Source: Tubulanus polymorphus (lineage: Eukaryota; Animalia; Nemertea). Taken from it: DNA of 64,000 nt. The stretch's first letter is position 1; each line of letters begins with the position of its first letter. Location of the stretch: NCBI RefSeq assembly GCF_964204645.1, contig NC_134034.1, forward strand, positions 12,660,962-12,724,961, given 5' to 3'. Below the pieces are notes generated by a model. It saw nothing but the letters and a program-made list of their open reading frames with translations, was not told where the DNA came from and did no database searches. The translations under genes and the position numbers were made by a program. Shown here one piece after another: positions 40,601-53,300 of the stretch.

Positions 40601-43600
40601 GTCTATGCAGCGACTATGCAACTGCCCCCGGTGAGGTCTACAGGTAATGGAATTCTATGATGTCATAGGGGGGATACACGAAGGCAGTCTTCTGTTCTAG
40701 AAGCATGTATAGGTACAATTCTCGATGATGTCATAGGGTGAATAATGGAGGCAGCCATATTTTTGGTATTTACCCTCGGCTTTGTGAAGTTCTACGGCCA
40801 GGTAACTGTTTCCATCGCGTTCAGATTTTAAATTCTGCTCCAGATCTTCGATGCGATCTTGGAGCGTTCGTACCGATTCGTTCTTCTGCTCCAACTCGGC
40901 GAGTAAATCTTTATTCGTCGACTGCGTCTGCTCCAGCTGATCGGTCGTGGTCGCTAACATTTCTAGTAGTTTCTCTACCGCCATCTGGAGGCGAGAACTC
41001 GAATCTATAAATAAATCAATCATTCACATCATTACATACGACTAACTATACAAACACTTCAATATTGGCCATCCTGGGGCCGGTTCCATAGTCAAGACTT
41101 AAGACCAAAAGTGGTCTTAAATCTTAAGACTGGTCTTAAGTTGTTAGATTGGCTATAGAACCAAGTTGGTCTTAGACCGGTCTTAAGTCTAGGCCATGAC
41201 TACGCAACTGGCCCCAGATGACTGTCCCGAATATCTGGGACTCCTCTGTTTGTTCTCAAAGAAATTTACAATTCATAACCAACCCCCCTGATCCAAGAGA
41301 AAGGGAGCTGTCTCCTTACACACTACATGTATTGAAGTCCCTTTGGTTCTGTGGGGCCTTCAAACACCTATAAGCTTCCTAGGTCCTGACATTAAAAGGG
41401 TATCAGAAGTCCCCCCTTTAAACCCCTGTAGTCATGAGGGGTGTTCTGCTGTCTATGAGCTTCTCTGATCCCCAGAATAAAGGCTTCATTAAAAGACCCC
41501 CCTACTGGTCCTGAGGGGTGAAAGGCTTCATCAGAATTAACCCTCTCACGGTCCTGAGAGCGGTGATACGTACCTGCTAATAGTTGTTGTTCAGCCTCCT
41601 CTAACCCCGGTCCCATAAATAAACTTTCACACAGATGTTGAGACAACGATAAACCTTCATCGGACATGATAGATAAATCCTGTACGGCGTCATCACTGGT
41701 TAAACTGTTACCATCAGAACCAACGTCGTTACATTTACCTGCATCTATACCTGCAGAAAATAGAAAATATAACCAGTTACTGATAGTGATAACATTCAAA
41801 GGCGTGCACAGGAAAACCCTGTTAGGGTTAACTGTGGTTAGTACACTGTGGTTAGGCATAAATGGGTGCAGGAAAACCCTGTTAGGGCTAACTGTGGTTA
41901 GTACACTATGGTTAGGCATAAATGGGTGCAGGAAAATGCTGTTCGCTAACAATTGTCTTCGTGTGGCCTCTTATTTCAATCTGGTTATCCACGGATAAGC
42001 CACTAACCACGGTTAGGCTAACAGGGGTATTCCTGCGCCCCCCAAAGGGCTGCAGGGGTCAGAGGGAGGGTTGGGGAGTGAAGGTCAGAGGGAGGGTTGG
42101 GGAGTGAAGGTCAGAGGGAGGGTTGGAGGAGTGAGAGTCAGAGGGAGGGTTGGGGGAGTGAAGGACAGAGGGAGAGGATTTGGGGAGTGAGGGTCAGCGG
42201 GGGGATGGAGGGGAGCGAGGGTCAGCGGGGGGATGGAGGGGAGCGAGGGTCAGCGGGGAAAGGGTCTGAGGGGCAAGGGTCCTGTTCATCATAACCCGTA
42301 CAATGGAACCTTGTTCCAATGTTACCATATATACCTTTAACTGTAGTAAGTGTATTGTTAATTGTAGTAGCGCCACCTATGGGATAGAACGATGAAATAG
42401 AACCGCGCGAACTCGGCGTGGTCGCCGCGGTAACGGTATGATTGTTGTATTGTTGTAGCACGAGCGACGATCTGCGGAGAAGTTTAAATATCTGATCGCT
42501 TTGAGATTGTAATTCCGGCCGCGAACTGAGAACGGACTCCTCCGACGAGCAGACGGACGATGAACCGCAGCAGACGGACGCTGAATTGCAGCAGACGGAG
42601 GGAGAACCGCAACTGACGGATGATGAACCGCCGTCGAGCGAATGACGTTTAATACGATTCCCGTCAGCAGACGACAATGAACCGGTCGCTATCGGCGACG
42701 ACAACCTTCTGGCATCGTTATTCGCAGGATTTTCAGAATTCGTCAAACTCACAGGTGACTTAATTAGATCGGAATCAAGTTTAAAACTGCGACGATTTTT
42801 ATCCGAATAATTACGAGGATGTTTTAGATTTGACGGTAGACTCAATCTCGGTGACATCATTCGATCGCTACCCTGCCTCCCGCTGCCGGATACCCTTCTA
42901 TCTCTCTCCTGTCTCCGGCTGACCTCATCTCTCTCCTGCCTCCCGCCGCTGGATACCCTGCTATCTCTCTCCTGACTCCGGCTGACTCCATCTCTCTCCT
43001 GTGATGCTACCGCGTATTCCTTGTTTTTACTAAATCTAGACGACGCCGAGCGCGTAGGAATCTTCGACGTTTTATACCGGTTCCTGTCACTAGACGGCGC
43101 TCCCGCGATAATCGGCGCGGTACTAATTGAATTACGTAACGTGTAATCCATAACTATAGCTGTAATCCCCTCTCCTATATATATATATATATATATAGTC
43201 ACACCTACACCTCACATAATAAACACCAATATGAAAAACTTTCTAAACTGAAATCGCTCACTATGAATAATCAAACATTCGATAACAGTTTTATCAGTTT
43301 TAAAAGTTTCTTATCAGTTTTAAAAGTTTCTTATCAGTTGAAATTATTGTCTACAGTGTCTACAGTGTGTGTGTACAGTGTGTGTCATACATTGTAGTAG
43401 AATTTCATTCAAACTTTTTTTTAACGTCGTGCAATAAATTACATCCACATCATTGTATCCGCACACATCAGTTCAACATTGTATCCACATATATGCACAT
43501 TACGCCAGTCACAGTGTTTACACAGTGTACCCACGCACATATCCATATAAGCCCGCATATCCACATCGGGCGGAATATCTACACTATGTTTGTGTTGAAT

Positions 43601-46600
43601 GTCCACTACTATAATTGACTTCGAAGTTAGCTACAACTTTCGATCAACATTTGAATCCCGAACTACAAACATGTTTTTCATACATAAACATTGTCGAACG
43701 AGCGCCGGAGTGTACGTGCACGCGCGAGTTCATATCAGTATTCTATTGTTTATAACGGAGTAAGAGGAGGTGAGAGAGGAGAGAGAGGAGGTGAGAGGAG
43801 AGAGAGGAGGTGAGAGGAGGTACCGCGCTGAGGTATTGATTTCGAACAGGTCGACAATATATACACCTGACTCACGCACATTCACTACCAGACGGATGAG
43901 AGGTACTTCAACTGTCAAATATATTCCCTGCTCTCTGGATCGACTCCGGCTCCAGCTAACGCGCGCTCCCCACTCCGGATACCACCCGCACACACGCGCG
44001 AAAGACAAAAGCGCATTTAATTTCCAATTTATTGAAAAACCACTCACAATAAAACAGTCATCAATATTTAGTTAGCACCAGCAATGAGGGGGGGAAAGTT
44101 AGCGATAGCGTCACCTCGCAGCTCTGTTCAGGGATAGCGTCACCTCGCAGCCTGTTCAGGGATAGCGTCACCTCGCAGCTCTGTTCAGGGATAGCGTCAC
44201 CTCGCAGCTCTGTTCAGGGATAGAGTCACCTCGCAGCCTGTTCAGGGATAGCGTCACCTCGCAGCTCTGTTCAGGGATAGCGTCACCTCGCAGCTCTGTT
44301 CAGGGATAGAGTCACCTCGCAGCCTGTTCAGGGATAGCGTCACCTCGCAGCTCTGTTCAGGGATAGCGTCACCTCGCAGCCTGTTCAGGGATAGCGTCAC
44401 CTCGCAGCCTGTTCAGGGATAGCGTCACCTCGCAGCCTGTTCAGGGATAGCGTCACCTGGCAGCTCTATTCAGGGATAGCGTCACCTCGCAGCTCTGTTC
44501 AGGGATAGCGTCACCTCGCAGCCTGTTCAGGGATAGCGTCACCTCGCAGCCTGTTCAGGGCTCATCAATTGATGTCAGTGATGTAATTATCAAATGAGAT
44601 TAATTAGTTCCCTTTCAATACTTCAAACTAGAACACATCAGCACCATTTATACATTAACTCTATACATGTATAGAGCAGTGTTATAGAGAAACTGTGATC
44701 CGCGAGTTATAGCTCATTCAACAGCTCATTCACGTAGCTCATTAAACGTGTCCAGAATCTGATTTTTATCAGCAGTAAATAAATGCACCTTTGTTTGTCC
44801 TGATATCCAATTAAACCGACACTACTATATCGCTGTATCAAGCATCGTATCGATATAGCGATATGTATCAGGGAACTGATACCGCTGTATCAGGGAAGCC
44901 TCCAGCTTGAAGACAATAATCCCAAATCGAACCCCATCTCTGCTGCTGCACTGAGAATGCGACATCAGAGATTTTTAAATCCTAATTCAGAATAGACTGC
45001 AAAGCCATGTTATCTCACAACAGTATCATCCCTGCCATAATAGTACATACATTACTGAACCTGTAAACAGGCCTGTGTCAATGAATACCAGCGTCAATGA
45101 ATACCAGCGTCAATGAATACCAGCATTCTAAACACACAATGACTGGACCAGCATTCCAACTAACATCCTTCAACTTCCTCAATGACAAATGATTTTTAAC
45201 CGCATAACATAATTAGAAGGGTCTCCCTCACCACAGTCCACACTGAGAGGAGATTGAGAACATTATCAGGAGGGAGGAGATTGAGACCGAAACACAATCA
45301 ATATAAACATATTTACATTGTTACTCATGAAACTTTAATGGCTTTTAAAATCTCAAATACACACAGCAGCACATCTATCGTAGTAGCACGAGTAACTGAT
45401 AGTTAAATATTGATTGAAGCTGACAGGTACAGTGTTTACAGGGAGCTGACAGGCTGACAGGTACAGTGTTTACAGGGAGAAGCTGAAAGGCTGACAGGTA
45501 CAGTGAACCAGGAATCAATGACTATCACATGAACCAACCTGACCGAACACCTGACTGACCGGACACGTGACTGACTGGACACGTGACTGACCGAACACCT
45601 GACTGACTGGACACCTATGTAGATACCCGGCCGGACCCGTGAGAGTGGAACTGGGTCGACGAGAGTAATACTTACAGTATCTGATGAGCTGATGATGGTT
45701 CATGTAGGTGATGAGACTGAGAGAGCAGTAAACGATACTGTTCACTTCCTGCTAGCTGTAACTCTCTATACTGTGTGTGTGTAGTACTGAGTCAATCGGT
45801 GCAGTACTAGAGATATCACACTGACTCTCCACATATCATCACTAACTCTCCAGATGTCTCTAATCTTACTGACTCCCAGATATTAAAATCTCATTGACTC
45901 TGAGATATCAATAATCTTATTAATCACACGTTCGAGTTGATGTGATCAGGTCACAGTAAATCCACAGACAGTTCTCAAACACGTAATATCAGTTATCTCT
46001 AGTTTCTAGTAATAAAACAGCTGCTAGTGAGTAACCACTCACTCCACCCCCGACACACCTCCGACCTGATACACGCTGTCATTACTGTGGTATTTACCAA
46101 CAACACAACAATACAACTGATTCATAGAAACACAGTAGAAATCATTGAGGTCAACAGAGACTATAGGACTACCTCCGTTAGAGGGGAGACTATAGGACTA
46201 CCTCCCTCAGAGGGAGACCATAGGTATACCTCTGTTAGAGGGGAGACTATAGGACTACCTCCCTCAGAGGGAGACCATAGGACTACCTCCGTTAGAGGGA
46301 GACCATAGGACTACCTCCGTTAGAGGGAGACTATAGGACTACCTCCGTTAGAGGGGAGACCAGGACTACCTCCGTTAGAGGGGAGACTATAGGACTACCT
46401 CTATTAGAGGGAGACTATAGGACTACCTCCGTTAGAGGGAGACCATAGGACTACCTCCGTTAGAGGGGAGACTATAGGACTACCTCCCTTAAGAGGGAGA
46501 CCATAGGACTACCTCCGTTAGAGGGAGACCATAGGACTACCTCCGTTAGAGGGAGACTATAGGACTACCTCCGTTAGAGGGGAGACCAGGACTACCTCCG

Positions 46601-47321
46601 TTAGAGGGGAGACTATAGGACTACCTCTATTAGAGGGAGACTATAGGACTACCTCCGTTAGAGGGAGACCATAGGACTACCTCCGTTAGAGGGGAGACTA
46701 TAGGACTACCTCCCTTAAGAGGGAGACCATAGGTATACCTCCATTAGAGGGAGACCATAGGTATACCTCCGTTAGAGGGAGACCATAGGACTACCTCCGT
46801 TAGAGGGAGACCACAGGAATACCTCCGTTAGAGGGGAGACCATAGGACTACCTCCGTTAGAGGGAGACCATGGGACTACCTCAGGAGGTGACAGACAGCC
46901 AATAGACCTCTCTAGATAAACGAGATGAGGGGTAGAACCAACCTATAGGTGGCGTGTTAGTATCAGTCACTCACCGTAGTAATCAGTAATTGTGAGACCG
47001 ATCTCTAAACTCGAGCAGACGACATCGTTCATTCTACAACTATCCGGTATCGAGAGAGAGACTGTATTCCCGACCCGCGGCGGCCGGATGGAAAGCCGGA
47101 TGGATGGCCCCCGGGGAGGAGTCAGTGTTTTAATTATTAACGGTGTGAATGTATGTGTGATTGTGAAGTTGATTAATTATTTACAGTATCAGTACTGTGT
47201 GCTGTGTGCTGTGTACTGTGTACTGTGTACCTACAGTGCTGTGTGCTGTGTGCTGTGTACTGTGTACTGGCCCTACATGTACTGTTATCACTATCAGTAC
47301 CTACAGTACACCTACAGTACT

Positions 47322-47376
<55 letters not shown>

Positions 47377-50300
47377 TGTGTACTGGCCCTACATGTACTG
47401 TTATCACTATCAGTATAATCCCAGTACGTTCAGCATTTATACTATTTAAACTGAAGCCCGTCAAAATCTAGACTTAACCCCTAAACCGAAACCGTACAAT
47501 CAACTGAAGCCTCGACAGTATCAGATTCATTATTGGAGTTTTTGTCAAACTAATTCATCTAAAAGCAGAAATATTGCATCAGTTTGATTCCTAACCGGAC
47601 TGTGTGTAGAGCGACACCTGGTGGATCTTACAGTTACAACATAGAAACAGTCTAATAAAGATTTACTGAATATAAACAACATTTTAAATATTCTTACCTG
47701 ATTCTCTTCGTGATGGTGTTTTACTGCGAGAGTCTCTGCTGCTCCGTGAGGGGGTATCCTTGCTGCCCCGTGAGGGGGTATCCTTGCTACCTCGCGAGGG
47801 GGTATCCTTGCTGCCCCGCGAGGGTGTTTTAGGTTCACAATTCTGGCGTAATTTCGTTAATCCTCTATTAATTAAATTATCCACGTGGAAAGTCGTTTCG
47901 ATCAACTCTTTAAACGAGTTTATATTACGATTGTAACGATCGTGATACAAATCCAACTCGCATTTCACTGAGTTTAATTCCGTAGAAACTTCCGTTAAAA
48001 TCTTCTGTCGTAGTTTACTGATTTCATCATCCTGAGCGTCTTTCATCTGACGCATCTCCTCCTGCAGCAGATATATCATAAACAATTTTAACGATTGGGG
48101 CTCATTGAGAGTTATTATCAATTTGCTAGCTGGAACCACCCCTTTGAGACTTTCTACAGCCTGGAACCACCCCTCCAGATATTCTACAGCTTGGAACCAC
48201 CCCCCAGACATATTCTACAGCTTGGAACAACCCCTCCAGATATTCTACAGCTTGGAACCACCCCTCCAGATATTCTACAGCTTGGAACAACCCCTCCAAA
48301 TCCTTCAAGAGATATGCTACAGCCTAGCTTGCACCAACCCTCTTCTCTGTAACTGGGCCTTGAGTTAAATGATTGTAAACCTGGTTTTCAGATTTACTTA
48401 CGGTATGATGTTTCTCTAATTCATCGAATTCGTTTCTATAATGTTGTTCTATGTCGTCTAACTCTTTCTGATGATTGGTCATTAATTCAGCGAGTTCCTG
48501 GCGATGTTTTTTATCGCAGTCAGCGTGCGCTAGTTCTATATCTAACAGCTCTTTATGTTCCTCTTCGTAATCACGGATTTTCTCGGCCCAATCGGACTGC
48601 AGTTCATCGATCTCAACTAGAAATCAAAAATATTCAAAATATTCTACATTCATCTCCCTTGAATTTCAGATTGTTCCTTTCGAATTAACCGACAAATCTA
48701 GAACCTTTCCCAGGGCAGAGAAGGTTTTGGGTTTAGTAATAGTTTTTTCCGATCCCAAAAATTCAGGACCAATCTATAATACTTTTTTTCTTGTTCGGGT
48801 CATTGTTCTTACCTTTATGTTTTTGTTTTAAATCCTCGAGTTCGGCCATCAAGATCGCGTTCTCCTGATCGAGATCGGTGTTCTTGTTCGAGTTATTCGC
48901 GAACTTTTTAATCCAGAATTCTTTCTGATCTTCCATCGCTTCCTCGTGGATTCGTCTCAACGTCGCGACCTAAATCGACAAAAATATCTTATTCGTGAAA
49001 ATAACGAACGACGAAATATACTCCAAAAAAAGACTAATATTTCTGTTTGATTTCTGACCTCGTCTGTTAATTGTTGATCTTTCTCGTCTAATTTCAGTTT
49101 AAATTCATCGTGTCTCAGTTTGATCGTCTGCTCGTATTGTTGTTTTAACTGCTCTAATTGTTGCGCGTGCGTCTGCTTCAGATTTTCAATCTCTTGTTGT
49201 TGTTCGGCGACGGCTTTTTCAACCATTCGTTCGTGTTGTTTGATGAATTCAACCTAAACACAAATTTCACGAGACCCATCACAACCAGAGATGCAAACAT
49301 TAAGAGATCTTTTTAAAAGTTGTTACAAACCTGTTGTTTCTCTAATTCTAAAGCCAGTTCTTCAGCTGAGTCGTTCCCAGGTGACTGTGTCTGAGTATCA
49401 GAACCCCCTGGTGGTGATGGCGGTGATTGTAACTCTTCGAGATGCGTTTCTTTCACTCGCTCCACGTGACCTTCACCCGCGTCAAGCTGCGTCTGCAATC
49501 TTCTAATTTCGTTAATTTGATCGTTTATTTCCGCATCTTTCTTCTCTAGTTTCTCTCTCAATTTTTCCAACTCTAAATCCTCCTCACTTCGTCGACTCGT
49601 CATTTCGGCAAACTTTTCTTCAATTTCCGATTTCTCCGTCCGCAGTTTTGTCGTCGCGGCGACTAGTGCATTTTTGTCATCGTCCAGTTCGTCGATCGTT
49701 GCCCGCAGCGCTTTCTCCGACGTCGTTAACCGTTCCAAATCTCCGTGAAGCGAACTACATTCGGCGGATAATCTCATAACCTCTTCGCCTCTCTCGATAA
49801 AACTCGACCTCACCTCCGCGAGCTCGGTTGACATTTTCTCGACCTCGTTTCCGAGCGATTCGTAATCGGCTCTCAACGCGTCGCATTCTTCGCGTTTCTC
49901 GTCGAGTTGTCGCCGCGCGGCAGACGACGACGACGACGACGCGGAGCCGCCCTCCTCTCGTTCCAGACGTCGGTATTTATCGACGTCGTCTTTCAACTCC
50001 TCGATGAATTTCTCTAAATCGCGAACGCGTTTCTCCGACTGTTCTTCGAAACGTTCGTACTCGTTGCGTTTTAAATCGCGCTCGCGTTCGACGCGTTCTA
50101 ACCGGTCGCGACTGTCGTCCAACTCTTCGCTCAGTTTCAGCTGCTCCTCCAGCGCGTTCTTCAGCTCGGTAACGCTTGCTTCCAATTCCTCTTCCAACTT
50201 CTCGCATTCCGTTTCCAACGACTTCACGTTCTCGGCGTGAACCGCTCGCATTGTTGCGATCTCGTCCGCGTGTTTCGCGTTAATCGTTCGTAGTTCGGTC

Positions 50301-53300
50301 GCGTGTTTAGTTTTTAAAGCTTCGATCTCGTCGACGAGGTAACTATCGTCGACCGTCTGCTCGACGATCTCGCCGCGGCTGTATTCGTCCGGCATTTTAC
50401 CGTCGTGATCGTCTTCCGTTTCGTCGAAATCGATCGAATTATCGCTAGACGGCGCTAGCAGCATCGGATTGATACTATCATCGCCACCAGGCGGCGTGCC
50501 GAACAATCCATCGGTTTTAGCGACGACGGCGCCCTCTATATTATTATCGGCGCCGTCTGTCGTATCGGGAGGGAATATCGAATCTCCGAACGTCGTCGGG
50601 AGTTCGAGAGTTTCCTGTTTTTCGATGTCGACGGGCGGTAGATCGCCGAGATCGAACGAGGGAGGTCGTGTGAGGTCGCTAGTCGGCGACGCGAGGATCA
50701 CCTCCTCGTGTCGTTGTTCACCGGGCGTCGTTTCTAACGGCGACGATAATAACTTCTCTTCCTCGGATTTCACCGGCGAGAATTCGATACTCGTTACGAC
50801 GTCCGTCGAGAAACTGGCGTCTCGTTCGCGACCCGAATCGACGCTTTCATCTTCACCGATCCGATCATTCTCCTCATTCTCATCATCATCGTCAGCTTCG
50901 ATACATTCCTCTATCTCTTCCTCTTCATCGCCTCTCAATCGATCGTTTTCCTCTCTCAACTCCTCTAATTCCATCTCGTACTCGTCCCGTAAAACTTGCA
51001 ATTCGTAATCCCGATTTTCCAACATCTCTTCCGTTTTATGATGCGATTTATCCAACTTTTCGTTTTCCGATTTTAATTTTACGACCTCCTCGTCGCGTTC
51101 GGCGAGCAGATCTTCCGCGGTCTTCAACTTCTCGTCGTCGAGAACGAGTTTCTTCTCGATATTTTCGAAATCGAATTTCAATTTTTCGATTTCGGTTTCG
51201 TATTTTCTGACGCGTTGATCGCGGTTCTCCTGTAACTCCTCGATCTCGGTAACGTGAACCTCCGTCAACGTTTCGAACTTCTCCGCGAAACTCTTACGAA
51301 TTTCCGCGATTTCTCGCGATTTCGATTCCAACTCTTCGTTATTTTCGCTTGATATTTTCTCGCATTTTAATCTCAATTCATAGATAATCTCATTTTTCTC
51401 TTCGATAATCTCATTGGTCTGTTTTAATCTCATTTCTAGTTCGCCGGCTTTATCTTTAACGTTTTCCAGATCCTCGAACTCGGAAAGTTTCTCCAACAAA
51501 TCTTCGTTTTCTCGCGACCGTTTTTCTAACTCCGTCCTGGTCTCCGTCTGCTCGTTTACTAAAGCTTCGATTTCGCGATCTTTCTCTTTCAACTTTTCAC
51601 CGATTTCCGTCGTCAGATCCGTCACTCGTTGCCGGTACTGGTTTTCGATTTCGACGATCTCGTCGCGTTTCTGCGACAGTTTTAGTTCGTACGCGTCGCT
51701 GACCTCTTGAATTCGTTCCTCGTGCGCGACGCGTATCGTTTCCAATTCGTCGTCGAACGCCTGCCGCATTTCGTCGAGTTCCTTCTCGTTTTTCGATTCG
51801 AACTCCGACCGCGCGGAGCTCCCCCTGGTGTCGGTCGTATCGTCGCCGTACTCGTCCTGCGTGTGGTGCAGGTCGCTGTCGTCTGCCGTGAAGTTATACG
51901 ACGCGTTCGACAATTCGAGAATCCTCGCCTCGTATCGATTCCTCATCGAATCGAACGCGCCCTGAGCGTCCTCCAGTCGATTCTGCAAACTATGAATCTC
52001 CGATTCGTAATGATCTTTCATCGATTTATTCGCGTTCTCTTTATTTTCCAACTGTTCGGCGAGTTCCACTTTCAAGCGTTCTTTTTCCTCTTCCAACTCG
52101 AGTTTCATCATTTCCAAACTCGCGTCTAAATTCGTCACCTCCTTCACGTCGTCTTCGTCTTCCTTTAACGTCGATACCATGTGTTTGTTCGGAGGCGTTT
52201 TGAAATCTAAACTCGCCGCGAGATCCAACCCGACCGTCTGCTCGTCGCCGCGTCTGCTCGGTAGGACGGGTGACGCGGCGGCCTCAAGTTCGGTTAGATC
52301 TAACCGCGCACCGGGTTCACTCTCCGCCGGACTGACCTGCGGACTCGCCGGACTGACCAGCGGACTCGCCTCGCTCGCGTGTCGAGATTCGGTTCTATAA
52401 ACCTCCTCCAATTCGACGCGTATTTTACTCCGATCGTCCTCCATCTGTTTAACCCGCTCCAACGCCGAATACGTTACTATTTTCGACAGCTCCGATGCCA
52501 GTTTATATTCGAGATTTTGTCGACATTCGGCCGCATCGATCTTTTGTCTTTCCATCAAATTCTCAATATCTTTTTCGTATTTCGAAGTTAAACTGTCTAA
52601 TTGTTCGATCTTTTCGCGCGTTAATTCTCGTCTAACGGTTTCCAGTTCGTGTTGATGTTTCTGTTCGAGTTGCCGGAAACGATCGTCCGGTATTTGCGTT
52701 TCGGTGAGCGTATCGTCCGTTTGTAACGACCGAAGTGGAGACGACGACAACGACGCCGCGAGATGAACGCTCGGTTTCTCAGGGGTAGAACTAGGCGTAA
52801 TCTCTTCGTCCGATATCACAGTTAACATTGTATGCTGCATAAATCTATAATTATAACAACAATTGTCAAGTATTTCTAGAGTAACCCATGAGATCCTCTA
52901 ACAGGGCGGCCACTTTTGCCCATTACAAATCCCCTGAGCTTTCCCGTATTTTTCCATGTGACATGTGATCATGTGAAGTTTCTAGGTTTAAAATGTTACG
53001 ATTCATTCATTTTTCATTGAATCACGTACTGATTTAACCCTTTCAGTGCTGACTAATTAATACCCTATTGTGCTGGAGAAAATTTGAAAATTCTAAAAAA
53101 TTCCACCCTAGTGTGTTGAACAACGGGAATACCACTATAGTGCGTCTAGACCGCGGTGCGGTGTATCGTTAGTTACTAGTATTTCACTATGTTTGACACT
53201 TTCTGCCATTTTTCAATAGAGATAATTACAAATTACTAATTACATCAATACACCGCAGTGCGGTGTACTAGCAAAATCCATCACTGATTTATACACCGCA

